Below are positions 11,689 to 21,160 of a stretch of 64,000 nt of DNA, piece after piece. A program made the translations under genes and the position numbers. Within the stretch, counting starts at the first letter, position 1, and the number at the start of each line of letters is the position of its first letter. The DNA comes from an uncultured bacterium (GTDB taxonomy: Bacteria; Krumholzibacteriota; Krumholzibacteriia; WVZY01; JAKEHA01), in NCBI GenBank assembly GCA_964588695.1, contig CAZPQK010000004.1:226304-290303 (forward strand), given 5' to 3'. The notes beneath the pieces were generated by a model that did not search any database, had not been told where the DNA came from, and saw only the letters and a program-made list of their open reading frames with translations.

Positions 11689-14132
11689 AGCGCTGCCTTT
11701 GCTCGAGCCAGTTTTTCGTTAAACGTTTCGTCTTCAAAGAACATGTCCATGTTGATCTTTCTTAAAAACTCCTGGTAGCGAGGATCGGTGTGGAAGCGAT
11801 CCAGTGAACCGTCGTTGATGGTGGCTATACGATCCACTGTAAGGTCAACGTCTTCAATCGCCTGAAACGCGGCCGCGAACGCTTCGTCCATTCGCCCCAG
11901 TCGCGAAAGTGCCGCTACCTTCTCGACGCCGGTGGAGCCGGGAGTGTTCACCAAATACTCCGACGCCGCCAACTTGCCGCCCCGTGTAAACGCATCCAGA
12001 AGCCCCTGCGCTTGCGCTTCGGTGGCACCACGAAAACGCATGTACCGGGACCAATCCCGCGCCCACTCTTCGTCCTCCCCGATAACCTCGTAACTTAGAC
12101 CGCGGTGAAGGTACACCGGTCCAAATTCAGGGTTCTTGGCAACTATGCCGTCGAGAATCGCCAGACCGCGGTCCGCCTCCCCAAACACACTATACATGTA
12201 TCCAAGTTGTGATTGGACAATCAGGGAGTGGGGATCCAGCTCTCCCGCCGCTTCCATTGATCGGCGGGCCTTTGCAACTTGTCCGGTTACCCAGTAGGCC
12301 TCGGAAAGCCATTGATGTCCCGTTGCGTATCCGGGCGCCAGCTCGGTGCACTTTTCGTAGCTCTCTATGCCTTCAACCCAGTTGCGATCGCAACCGCTAT
12401 ACACGCCGCCGAGTACGGCGTACGCTTCCCCCAAAGTTGGATCTAACTCAAGGGCTCGTAGCGCGTACCTCTTGGCCAATTCACAGCCCTCTTCCGGCGC
12501 TATCCATTCCCATTGCACCGACACGACAATCGCGTCAGCCAGGCCGACGTATCCGCGGGCATAGTTTGGCGCTAGTTCTATCGCGCGGGTCATTTCTCTA
12601 ACCGCCGTTTCCAAGCCGGTCTGAGTGCGCTTATGCCATTCTGCGCGCCCGCGTGCGTACGCCTCAAATGCCCGCGGGTCGATGGAGAGCTTGTCGGCGG
12701 CAAGTTGCGACGACTCTTCCGCCGTCACCTGGACATGCACTTCCTTGGCAATGTCGGCCGCCACCTGGCTTTGCAGGCTCAAAACGTCACGCGCGTCGCG
12801 GTCGTAGGACTCGGCCCACAAGTGCTCGTCGGTTGCGGCGTCAATTAATTGCACGGTAACACGGACACGATCGTCGGCTTTCTGGACCGAGCCTTCCAGA
12901 ATGGCTTGCACGCCGAGTTCGTTCGCGATCTCCGGAAGTGATTTCTCTGTGTTCTTGTACCGCATCACCGACGTTCGCGAAATAACTCGCAGCGCCTTTA
13001 TCTTGGCAAGGTCGGCGATGACCGCCTCGGTCATACCGTCGGCAAAGTAGTCCTCGCCGGGACCCGAGAAGTTATCCAGCGGCAACACCGCGATGGATTC
13101 GATTACTCTTTCGGCGTCGCTGGCGGTATGGTTTGCGTCGCGCGACGGAAAGTACTGTTTTGCCACCATCGTTGTGATCCAGAACCCGGCCAGCACCAAC
13201 ACCGCAACCACGGCCGTACGGGCATGGCCGCCGCGTTTTTGCTCGATTGGCGCGGCGCCACTTGCACGCGCGGCGGGCCCCGACGCTGTCGCCGTCAACT
13301 GCGACTCGCCTGGAGTGGTGTCCATCGCGCGACGCATACGGTCGATGTCGCCGTGCAGGTCGGCCATGCTTTGGTAGCGATCCTTTGGATCCTTGGCAAT
13401 CGCCTTATTCACGATCCGCTCTAACTCGTCAGACACGTCGGGCAGGTATCGGCGCAGCGGTGTCGGTTCTTCGTTAGCGATGGAATAAACCAGCGCGGCC
13501 TGGTGATCGCCGCGAAACGGACGCTGTCCGGCGAGCATCTCGTAAAGCACAACACCAAAAGAAAAAATATCGGAACGATGATCAGCTTCTTCCCCACGAG
13601 TCTGTTCCGGCGACATGTACGCGTAGGTGCCTATCGTCGAACCTTCGGCCGTCAACTTGGTCACGTCTTCCAGCTTGGCCAGGCCGAAATCCAGGATCGT
13701 CGCGCGGTTTTCGGCGTCGACCACAATGTTGTCGGGCTTAATGTCGCGGTGAACAATGTCGGCTTTATGCGCGGCGCTAAGTCCGTCGGCAATCTGGGTT
13801 GCCAATGCGACAACAGCCCGCTCGCGCGGGCCGGTATCAATCCACTCGGAAAGCTTAGCGCCTTTGACGTAGGCCATCGCAATAAACGGCCGTTCGTCAC
13901 GGGTCGACACTTCATAGATGGTAACGATGTTCGCGTGGCTCAACGCGGCCGCAGCTTGCGCTTCGCGCTTGAATCGCTCCACAGCGCCGGCATCGCTGGC
14001 GACCGCTCGCGGCAGAAACTTAAGCGCCACCTTGCGATTAAGCTGGGTATCGTCAGCCAAATACACTTCACCCATGCCGCCTTCGCCGAGCTTGCTTACG
14101 ATTCTGTAATGAGAGATGGTCTCGCCGATCAT
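11685..14132 (-). CDS. Hanks-type Ser/Thr protein kinase with TM segment, TolB-like domain and TPRs
   Basis: GEGGMGEV, VALK, HRDIKPDN, DFGLAK, YMSPEQ; TM helix; SIAVLPLDN...DYFADGMTE; start MIGETISHY at 14132. Confidence 0.92.
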   Translation of the reverse strand: MIGETISHYRIVSKLGEGGMGEVYLADDTQLNRKVALKFLPRAVASDAGAVERFKREAQAAAALSHANIVTIYEVSTRDERPFIAMAYVKGAKLSEWIDTGPRERAVVALATQIADGLSAAHKADIVHRDIKPDNIVVDAENRATILDFGLAKLEDVTKLTAEGSTIGTYAYMSPEQTRGEEADHRSDIFSFGVVLYEMLAGQRPFRGDHQAALVYSIANEEPTPLRRYLPDVSDELERIVNKAIAKDPKDRYQSMADLHGDIDRMRRAMDTTPGESQLTATASGPAARASGAAPIEQKRGGHARTAVVAVLVLAGFWITTMVAKQYFPSRDANHTASDAERVIESIAVLPLDNFSGPGEDYFADGMTEAVIADLAKIKALRVISRTSVMRYKNTEKSLPEIANELGVQAILEGSVQKADDRVRVTVQLIDAATDEHLWAESYDRDARDVLSLQSQVAADIAKEVHVQVTAEESSQLAADKLSIDPRAFEAYARGRAEWHKRTQTGLETAVREMTRAIELAPNYARGYVGLADAIVVSVQWEWIAPEEGCELAKRYALRALELDPTLGEAYAVLGGVYSGCDRNWVEGIESYEKCTELAPGYATGHQWLSEAYWVTGQVAKARRSMEAAGELDPHSLIVQSQLGYMYSVFGEADRGLAILDGIVAKNPEFGPVYLHRGLSYEVIGEDEEWARDWSRYMRFRGATEAQAQGLLDAFTRGGKLAASEYLVNTPGSTGVEKVAALSRLGRMDEAFAAAFQAIEDVDLTVDRIATINDGSLDRFHTDPRYQEFLRKINMDMFFEDETFNEKLARAKAAL

Positions 14133-14225
14133 CGCTGCTTTGCCGTTCGTGTTATAATGCAACCAGTTAGGTCGATAATAGACCGGCCACTCGGCTGCCT
14201 CAAGGCGATTTAGGGATCCTACATT

Positions 14226-15221
14226 ATGTCTACCTTACGACACCTGGTTTTGTTGGCAACTATTCTGGGGCTGTTTGCGCCGGGGGCGCTGAGCGCCGGT
14301 ACAGCCACGCCGGTGTTTGCACTCAAATGGGGAACCACGGGTGTCGGCGAAGGCCAGTTTGATTTTCCCCGCCGAGTGGCGGTGGATGCAACGGGGGTTG
14401 TGTACATCGCCGATCGCAACAACGCGCGCGTTCAGAAGTTCGACAATAACGGTAACTTTCTCGCCACGTGGGGAAGCCTGGGGTCGGGGCCGGGGCAGCT
14501 CGACTATCCTTTTGGCATCGCCGTCGACAACGGCGGGCGGGTGTATGTCGCCGAGCGGGTTAATAACCGCGTGCAAGTGTTCACCGACGATGGCGCGCAC
14601 CTGTTCATGTTCGGAACCCCGGGCACGGGTGCGGGCCAGTTCAACTTTCCGGTTGGTGTCGCGATAGGGCCGGACGGGTCCATCTATGTGGCCGACTCAT
14701 TTAACCACCGCGTGCAACGGTTTAACGCTAGTGGTACCTACCTATCGCAATGGGGAACACCGGGGCCGGGCGCCGGCCAGTTTAATACGCCGGTAACACT
14801 GGCGGTGGATGCAGATGGCAACGTCTACGTGGGCGATGCGTTTAACTATCGTGTACAAAAGTTCAACGCCTCGGGCGGTTATCTGTTGGAATGGGGATCA
14901 CAGGGCAACGGGGACGATCAGTTTCTCGCCCCGCGCGGGATCGGGATAGACGAGGCGTGCGGTGTTGTCTATGTGGTGGACCAGTCGGGTAACCGGGTTA
15001 AGGCGTTCACCAAGGCCGGCGAGTTTCTTTTTGTGTTCGGACAGCACGGATTTGGAAACGCCCAGTTTGATCGCCCCGAAGATGTGGACATCGATACCAA
15101 CGGAAACGTGTTTGTCACCGACCCGGGCAACGATCGAATCCAAAAGTTCATTCCCGCAACGGTTCCGGTTCGGGAACGAAGTGTGGGTTCGGTGAAGTCG
15201 CTGTTCCGACCTCAACGCTAG
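14226..15221 (+). CDS. Secreted NHL-repeat (6-bladed beta-propeller) protein
   Basis: Signal peptide; six WG..G.G.GQF..P.G.AVD..G.VYVAD..N.RVQ.F repeats. Confidence 0.9.
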   Translation: MSTLRHLVLLATILGLFAPGALSAGTATPVFALKWGTTGVGEGQFDFPRRVAVDATGVVYIADRNNARVQKFDNNGNFLATWGSLGSGPGQLDYPFGIAVDNGGRVYVAERVNNRVQVFTDDGAHLFMFGTPGTGAGQFNFPVGVAIGPDGSIYVADSFNHRVQRFNASGTYLSQWGTPGPGAGQFNTPVTLAVDADGNVYVGDAFNYRVQKFNASGGYLLEWGSQGNGDDQFLAPRGIGIDEACGVVYVVDQSGNRVKAFTKAGEFLFVFGQHGFGNAQFDRPEDVDIDTNGNVFVTDPGNDRIQKFIPATVPVRERSVGSVKSLFRPQR

Positions 15222-15333
15222 CGATCCGACGCCCACCGATTACAACACATAGGGGCGCTTCCGCGCGCCGTAGATGTTAACATATTTACTAACATTTCAA
15301 CAGGCGGCTGAAATTACCGTGTGGAAAGTCGAC

Positions 15334-16467
15334 TTACCGCTGGGTCAACACCCCGGCGTCGACCTTAAAGACACTCGCGTGGCGCGCCGGCGCCCAATCA
15401 AGTTCAACTGGAGTTGTAATAAAAACCTGGCGCTCGCCGTCCAGCAAGTGTTGCAACCGGGCCATGATACTGGCATCGAATTCCGAAAACACATCATCGA
15501 GGAGCAATAAGCTAGGTTCCCGCAGGGATGTTTCCAGGTGGGAAAGTTCGGCCATCTTGAGCAATATCGCCAGCAGGCGGCGCTGGCCTTGCGACCCATA
15601 TTTGCGAAGATCGTTGCCATCGATCGAAAACTTTACGTCGTCACGATGGGGACCGGCGAGTGTTGTTCCGCGCCGCAACTCTTCATGCTCGAGCGACTCA
15701 AGCTTGGCTGCAAACACATCAGCAAGCGACATTCCGCCGGTGTCGGCATTCATCACGGCGGCCGCTTCGTTAGCAATGGTACTCTCGTAGCTCGCGCGAA
15801 AATCGTAACGTGTTCCCAGCTGTTCGCCGTGGAGCTTTACGTAGGCGCCTAAAGTTTCCACCAGCTCGCTGCGCTTATCGATAAACGCGACGCCGGTTTC
15901 CACCAACTGTTGATCCCATGGCGCGCGAGTCGCCTTGCCCGCACGTGACTTGAGCGCCGCGTTCCTTTGCTTTAGCGCGCGCCGGTAGTCGCGGAGCGCA
16001 TCAATGTAGCTTCGATCGCTCATGGAGCCGACCATGTCGATAAAGCGCCGACGATCGTCGGGCTGGCCAGAAACAATTCGAAGGTCGCTTGGACCAAAAA
16101 GAACTGCCGGATACTTCCCCACCAGCTCAATCAATCGCGGCAAAGGTTCGCCGTTGGTTTTGATTGTCTTTTCGCCGCCGCGCTCGACGGTACAGGCAAA
16201 ACGTTCTTGAGCCCCAACATCTCCGTCATCTCCAGGATGAAACTTAACCTGGCTCTCGATACGAAAAAACGGCTCGCTAAACCGAATCATTTCGGTGTCA
16301 CGAGCCGTTCGAAAGGAACGCCCAAACTTGAACAAATAGATCGCTTCGAGAACGTTGGTCTTACCCTGGCCATTCTCGCCAACCAGCACGTTCACGCCGG
16401 GGCTAAGAACAAGCGCAGTATCTTCTAAATTACGAAACTGCGTTAGGGTAAGCCGGTCTACCTGCAC
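15334..16467 (-). CDS. recF: DNA replication/repair protein RecF
   Basis: FRNL, GENGQGKTNVLEAI, GPHRDD, GSQGQ, LLLDDVFSE; follows dnaN. Confidence 0.97.
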   Translation of the reverse strand: MQVDRLTLTQFRNLEDTALVLSPGVNVLVGENGQGKTNVLEAIYLFKFGRSFRTARDTEMIRFSEPFFRIESQVKFHPGDDGDVGAQERFACTVERGGEKTIKTNGEPLPRLIELVGKYPAVLFGPSDLRIVSGQPDDRRRFIDMVGSMSDRSYIDALRDYRRALKQRNAALKSRAGKATRAPWDQQLVETGVAFIDKRSELVETLGAYVKLHGEQLGTRYDFRASYESTIANEAAAVMNADTGGMSLADVFAAKLESLEHEELRRGTTLAGPHRDDVKFSIDGNDLRKYGSQGQRRLLAILLKMAELSHLETSLREPSLLLLDDVFSEFDASIMARLQHLLDGERQVFITTPVELDWAPARHASVFKVDAGVLTQR

Positions 16468-16488
16468 GCCGCCTACCCTCTTTTTTGG

Positions 16489-17601
16489 CTAGTCGCTAAG
16501 ACGGAGTGGCATCAACAGGCACTGGTGCTGAACTGCTTCGCCATCGGCGTCCGGTACCACCATGCCGGCGTTGTCATTGCGATCCAATAGAAACGTAACG
16601 TCGTCGCAATCCATCGTCTTGAGTATATCCAACAGATAGCGCGCGTTGTAACCGATCTCCATTTTGGTTTCGGCGTAGCTACACGGCACTTCTTCGACAG
16701 CCTCACCAACGTCGGGTGTGTTGACGCTCATTGTGAGTTTGTCCGGGCCAACGACCATTTTTACCTGGTGCGTGATCACGCTGGACAAAATGGACACACG
16801 CTTACAAGCGTCGGTTAATTCGTCACGATTAACCGTTAGGCGTTTTTTATTGCTCTTAGGAATAACCTGGTTGTAGTCGGGGAACGGGCCTTCCAGGAGG
16901 CGTGAATAAACCACCGTATTGCCCAGATCAAAAGTGATGTGGTTGTCGGAAACCGAAATTTTCACATCGTCGGCACCGTCCACCGACGAGCGCAAGATAC
17001 TCAAAGCTTTAGGCGAAACGATAAACTCGTTCTCGCCGACACCAGCGACGGCTTGCGGAAGGTCAACCTTTGCCAGACGATGGCCGTCGGTCGCTACCAT
17101 ACTCAAACCACCAGCTTTAACTTCCCACAGTACGCCGCAAAGTGACGGACGTGTTAAGTCGTTGGACACCGCGTACGACGTTTTGGCAATCATATCTTCG
17201 AGAGTTTCGGAAGACATGGTGAACGACGCCAGTGTTTTCTGCTCGGGGAGTTTAGGAAACTCCTCGGCGTTTTTTCCCACCATCTTAAAGCGGCTTTTTT
17301 TGCACTTGATGGTGATGCGGTCGCCGTCGATATCGACCACAACTTTGTCGTCGGGAAGCGACCGAATAATCTCAAAGAACTTCTTTCCTGGAATCGCGAT
17401 CGAACCACCGCCATCGGTTTCGCATTCCACGTTCGTGGTCAGCGACACGTCAAGATCGTTGGCGGTAAGGGTAATTTTTCCGTCGCCGCGGCACTCCAAC
17501 AGAAAAGTCGACAGAATGGGAAGTGACGTCTTGGTGGGGACCACCGACGAAATGCCCGATAATTTTTTGATCAGATCGCGCTGCTGGACGGTGATCTTCA
17601 C
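16489..17601 (-). CDS. dnaN: DNA polymerase III beta sliding clamp
   Basis: LPILS, VATDGHRLA, RLLEGPFPDY..VIP, IGYNARYLLD, LLMPLRL; GTG 17601 has a GGGAGG RBS. Confidence 0.97.
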   Translation of the reverse strand: MKITVQQRDLIKKLSGISSVVPTKTSLPILSTFLLECRGDGKITLTANDLDVSLTTNVECETDGGGSIAIPGKKFFEIIRSLPDDKVVVDIDGDRITIKCKKSRFKMVGKNAEEFPKLPEQKTLASFTMSSETLEDMIAKTSYAVSNDLTRPSLCGVLWEVKAGGLSMVATDGHRLAKVDLPQAVAGVGENEFIVSPKALSILRSSVDGADDVKISVSDNHITFDLGNTVVYSRLLEGPFPDYNQVIPKSNKKRLTVNRDELTDACKRVSILSSVITHQVKMVVGPDKLTMSVNTPDVGEAVEEVPCSYAETKMEIGYNARYLLDILKTMDCDDVTFLLDRNDNAGMVVPDADGEAVQHQCLLMPLRLSD

Positions 17602-17790
17602 GCCCGACCTCCCGGTAGACAATCGTTTTTATGGTTAATAATAAAAATGCGCTGCTTATAAATCAGGTATAGCCTTGCTACTATACGCCAAGGCCAGCCT
17701 GGTTTTCAATATTTGCTGCACGGTCGGCGCAAATCCGCGGTTGGTCAAAGCCGCTCCCGCCCAACGTCGTCGATACTGCCTGGACCGCGT

Positions 17791-17890
17791 TTGTCCACAC
17801 CGCCAAATTGCGAGCCGGATAATAATCTGGTAACATTGAACTTTGGTAATTAACAAACTATCCCCAACCTGTGGATAAGCCGTGGAAAGA
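17791..17890. promoter_or_regulatory. DnaA boxes upstream of dnaN
   Basis: TTGTCCACA 17791-17799 and perfect TGTGGATAA 17870-17878 in an AT-rich intergenic region. Confidence 0.7.
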
Positions 17891-18844
17891 TCATTCATCA
17901 GAGACGCCCATGTCATCTTAGAAGCATGCCCGCCGGTCCTGGCCGATCAGCGGAAGTCGTATGCGATACTGCAACATAGCTTTGGCCTCTATAACAACTT
18001 CCAGGGCATTAGCGTCCCCGATCTGCAGGACTCCGGTGAGTTCAAGCGCCATCGCGACCGGGTTCCGAACGAGGAGTTTGCCGCCTGGCTGCAGGAAATG
18101 ACCTCCAAACCGCTTTGTTTGTATAAGGTTGCGGCTGGTTGCCCCCAACCGGAGTTTGAAGGCTGGCTTAAGCGCGCCAGTAGCCTGGGGTGTCGGGAGG
18201 TCTTCCTGGTGGGCGCCGATACCAGCGACGCCAAATCCACTCCGGATTCTCTGACCATCCGAACCGCCTCGGACGTAGCACGGGCCGCGGGCTTCGTGTG
18301 TGGCGGCATCATTATTCCCACCCGGCGCGAACATTTTGTTCAACGGCCGGCAACGGTCGACGAGACCTCGCGGGTAATCCAAAAGATCACCGAGTACCAC
18401 CTTGAGTTCTTTTCCACCCAGATCCTCTACGAATCCGAGTGGATGTGCTGCCTGTTGCTCGACCTGGTTCGCATACTTGATCAGAAGGACCTGCCTAAGA
18501 TTTTTCTAACCTTCTCTCCATTTGTTGCGGCCGAAGAGATCACCTTCGCCAAGAAAACGCTCGGGGTATTTGTCCCTAAAGATGTCGAGCGTATGTTGAA
18601 AGGCGCTCGGAGTATGCGCGAAGCGTCGATCACGCACTTGATCGGTGTGTGGGATCGACTGTCTTCGTTCGCGAGTCAGATCGGTTACCCCGAAGAACGC
18701 TTAGGGGTGAACGTCGAGTACCTTGACACACGCAATCCTCGCGCCATAGATGCCTCGTTTGAGCTCGCGGAAGAGTTCGGTCGACTGTTGGATCGTCGAG
18801 CCAGGCGATCGGCCAAACAGACGCAAAACACGACGTCTTCTTGA
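17882..18844 (+). CDS. Mycobacterial-type methylenetetrahydrofolate reductase-like TIM-barrel protein
   Basis: Motif series ILEACPP, ISVPDL, VFLVG, GGIIIPTR, FFSTQILY, IFLTF, GVNVE parallels Rv2172c-type MTHFR as recalled; activity not proven. Confidence 0.65.
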   Translation: MERSFIRDAHVILEACPPVLADQRKSYAILQHSFGLYNNFQGISVPDLQDSGEFKRHRDRVPNEEFAAWLQEMTSKPLCLYKVAAGCPQPEFEGWLKRASSLGCREVFLVGADTSDAKSTPDSLTIRTASDVARAAGFVCGGIIIPTRREHFVQRPATVDETSRVIQKITEYHLEFFSTQILYESEWMCCLLLDLVRILDQKDLPKIFLTFSPFVAAEEITFAKKTLGVFVPKDVERMLKGARSMREASITHLIGVWDRLSSFASQIGYPEERLGVNVEYLDTRNPRAIDASFELAEEFGRLLDRRARRSAKQTQNTTSS

Positions 18845-18900
18845 CCAACTGTGGTACTTGCACCTTGTGAAGAGCGAGTGCGTGACGCTCTCGCTGCGCC

Positions 18901-19116
18901 CTATTTACTAATACTAGAATATATATATTAAAACAGTAGTAGTAGTAGGGGCTGTGGGTATGTTGATAGCAACGGAAATGACGTTGAGTTGCTTAACGTT
19001 AGTTTGGATCCGCGGCTGTTGGTTTCGTGGGAACTCGTGTTAAAAACCATCTCCGGTATACCGTGTGTATGTCGACTCACTAGCCACCCACATAGGTTCT
19101 CCACACTTGTGGGTTT
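18901..19116. other. oriC core: AT-rich unwinding element, DnaA-trios, GC spacer and DnaA boxes
   Basis: AT-rich 18901-18933; CAGTAGTAGTAGTAG 18934-18948; GGGGC; overlapping degenerate boxes TGTGGGTAT/TGTTGATAG 18953-18969; TTCTCCACA 19097-19105; lies downstream of dnaA as in B. subtilis. Confidence 0.88.
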
Positions 19117-19194
19117 CTTTGGAATAACCCGCTGGCGAAAAAAAACGCGCGCCTTCCGGCACGCGTCTCTTTTTACTTCGATTCTTTCAACGAA

Positions 19195-20592
19195 CTACAA
19201 CAAGTCTTTGCGCAGTTGGTTGACGGTCGCGCGAAGTGCGACGTCGTTGTCCACCTGGTCGCCGATTTTGTTGCACGCGTGAATCACCGTCGTGTGGTCA
19301 CGACCTCCAAAGAGTTTGCCAATCGCAGTTAGCGATGACGCGGTGAGCTCTCGGGCTAGATAGATCGCCACCTGCCGAGGAAACGCAAGTCGCGCGGTAC
19401 GCGATTTGGACTTCATCGCATCGACGGGAATGTTGTAGTGCTGAGCAACAACCTTCTGAATCGTCGAAATCTGCACCTTCTTGGGCGCGGTCTTTATGAA
19501 GTCCTGCAAAACCTTCTGCGCCACTTCCAGTGTTACCGGTTCCTTATAAACACCGGCATGGACGGTCAGCTTCACCAGGCTGCCTTCAAGCTCGCGAATG
19601 TTGCTGGTGACATTGTCGGCGATTAACGACAAGACTTCGTCGGGAATATCCAGCTGCTCTTTGTCGACCTTCTTGCGCAAAATAGCAAGGCGTGTTTCAT
19701 AGTCGGGGCTTTGAATGTCGGTAATCAGGCCCCACTCAAAACGCGACACTAGTCGTTCTTCGAGCGTGGGAATTTCTTTGGGCGGGCGATCGCTGGTCAC
19801 GATGATTTGCTTATTTGCACCGTGCAGCGCGTTGAACGTGTGAAAGAATTCTTCCTGCGTAGATTCCTTGCCAGCCAAGAACTGAATATCGTCAATCAGG
19901 AGCGCATCAACGTTACGGTACTTCGAGCGAAACTCGTGGCTCATTCCGTTACGAATCGCGGTGATCATCTCATTCATGAACGATTCTGCGGAACTGTAGT
20001 GCAGGTGCATTCCTTCGTGCTTGTTTAACAACACGTGGCCGACCGCTTGCATCAAGTGAGTTTTGCCCAGCCCCACACCGCCGTAAATGAACAGCGGGTT
20101 GTAGACCATTGCCGGGCGTTCGGAGACCGCCATACAAGCGGCAAACGTCATGCGGCTGTTGCTGCCAACAACAAACTCTTCAAACGTGTACTTTGGGTTT
20201 AGCTTGTCGCCGTTATTGATCGACGGGCGATTGGTTTTCTTGGGCGCAACGGCGAACTCTTCGGTTACCGTTGCCGCGGCCCGTTCGCGAGCAACGTCGT
20301 CGGGGCTCTTTTTGGTATTCACAAATTGAACCCGCGGCTCGGTGCCAAGGATGTCGCGCAAGCTGTAAATGATCTTGTCGGTGTGATGTTCCATCACCCA
20401 GTCCATTAAGAACTGGCTGGGGCATTCGATAGTGGCCGAGTCGTTGGTAACTTCCGCCAGGCTTAGCGGTCGAAACCAGGTTTCCAGCGCCTGGTCGCTA
20501 ACCAAGGTCGATATGTTGGTCAGGAAGCGCTGCCAAATTTCATCCAAGTTGAGGCTTTCGCCTCTGGCTCCGTCCTGGGAGGATTGAGACAT
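19195..20592 (-). CDS. dnaA: Chromosomal replication initiator DnaA
   Basis: YNPLFIYGGVGLGKTHL, LLIDDIQFL, QEEFFHTFN, RLVSRFEWGL, GGRDHTTVIHA. Confidence 0.99.
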   Translation of the reverse strand: MSQSSQDGARGESLNLDEIWQRFLTNISTLVSDQALETWFRPLSLAEVTNDSATIECPSQFLMDWVMEHHTDKIIYSLRDILGTEPRVQFVNTKKSPDDVARERAAATVTEEFAVAPKKTNRPSINNGDKLNPKYTFEEFVVGSNSRMTFAACMAVSERPAMVYNPLFIYGGVGLGKTHLMQAVGHVLLNKHEGMHLHYSSAESFMNEMITAIRNGMSHEFRSKYRNVDALLIDDIQFLAGKESTQEEFFHTFNALHGANKQIIVTSDRPPKEIPTLEERLVSRFEWGLITDIQSPDYETRLAILRKKVDKEQLDIPDEVLSLIADNVTSNIRELEGSLVKLTVHAGVYKEPVTLEVAQKVLQDFIKTAPKKVQISTIQKVVAQHYNIPVDAMKSKSRTARLAFPRQVAIYLARELTASSLTAIGKLFGGRDHTTVIHACNKIGDQVDNDVALRATVNQLRKDLL

Positions 20593-20729
20593 GGAGACAC
20601 CTTTCCGTCGTGTGGCCGGGAGCCACCGAGTTTAGCTTCGCCGCCAGCACCGGCTCTGGCCAGAAGCGGAAGTCGTATAAACAGGCGAAAAAAAACCATT
20701 TTGGTGGCGTTCACCAACAAACAAACGGT

Positions 20730-21020
20730 TTATCCACACCTGTGGATAAGAAGGTGCCAAACTGTGGACAAGTCAAAATAGGGCGCAAAAATCACAGAGG
20801 TGTCGTTAGGACGACTCCCACAAGTTTGGTTCTGTGTAATACTTGATCCGTGCTATGAGAAGCGACAGGCGGTGTCGCTATGTAGCCAGTCAGTGGAGGG
20901 ACATTAGCAAAGCGTCTGGGCCCCCCTCAACACCGTTTTTGGCTTCTCCACAGGAAGAGGGTAAACCTCTGTAATTGCAGCGATATAGGTATCCACAGGG
21001 TGTGGATATCTTGTGGGTAC
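20730..21020. promoter_or_regulatory. DnaA-box cluster in the dnaA/rpmH divergent promoter region
   Basis: TTATCCACA 20730, TGTGGATAA 20741, TGTGGACAA 20763, TTCTCCACA 20944, GTATCCACA 20989, TGTGGATAT 21001. Confidence 0.88.
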
Positions 21021-21160
21021 TCTCGTCTTGACGATTTAGACAGTTTACGGTAGCTTCATGGTTTGCGGTGGGAATCCTCCGCGCCTCTCCTTGATTCATA
21101 ATAGAACGCGGTGGCTTCCCATCGCCAACATAATAAAATATTTAGAGACAAGGCTTTACA

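Noticed and set aside
14300-15150. DNA-level periodicity in the NHL gene as a CRISPR or repeat array
   Set aside because: The repeats are degenerate, in frame and encode propeller blades; there are no identical repeats with unique spacers and no cas genes
3955-15333. Prophage, ICE or transposon explanation for the cargo block
   Set aside because: No integrase, transposase, phage structural gene or terminal repeat was detected
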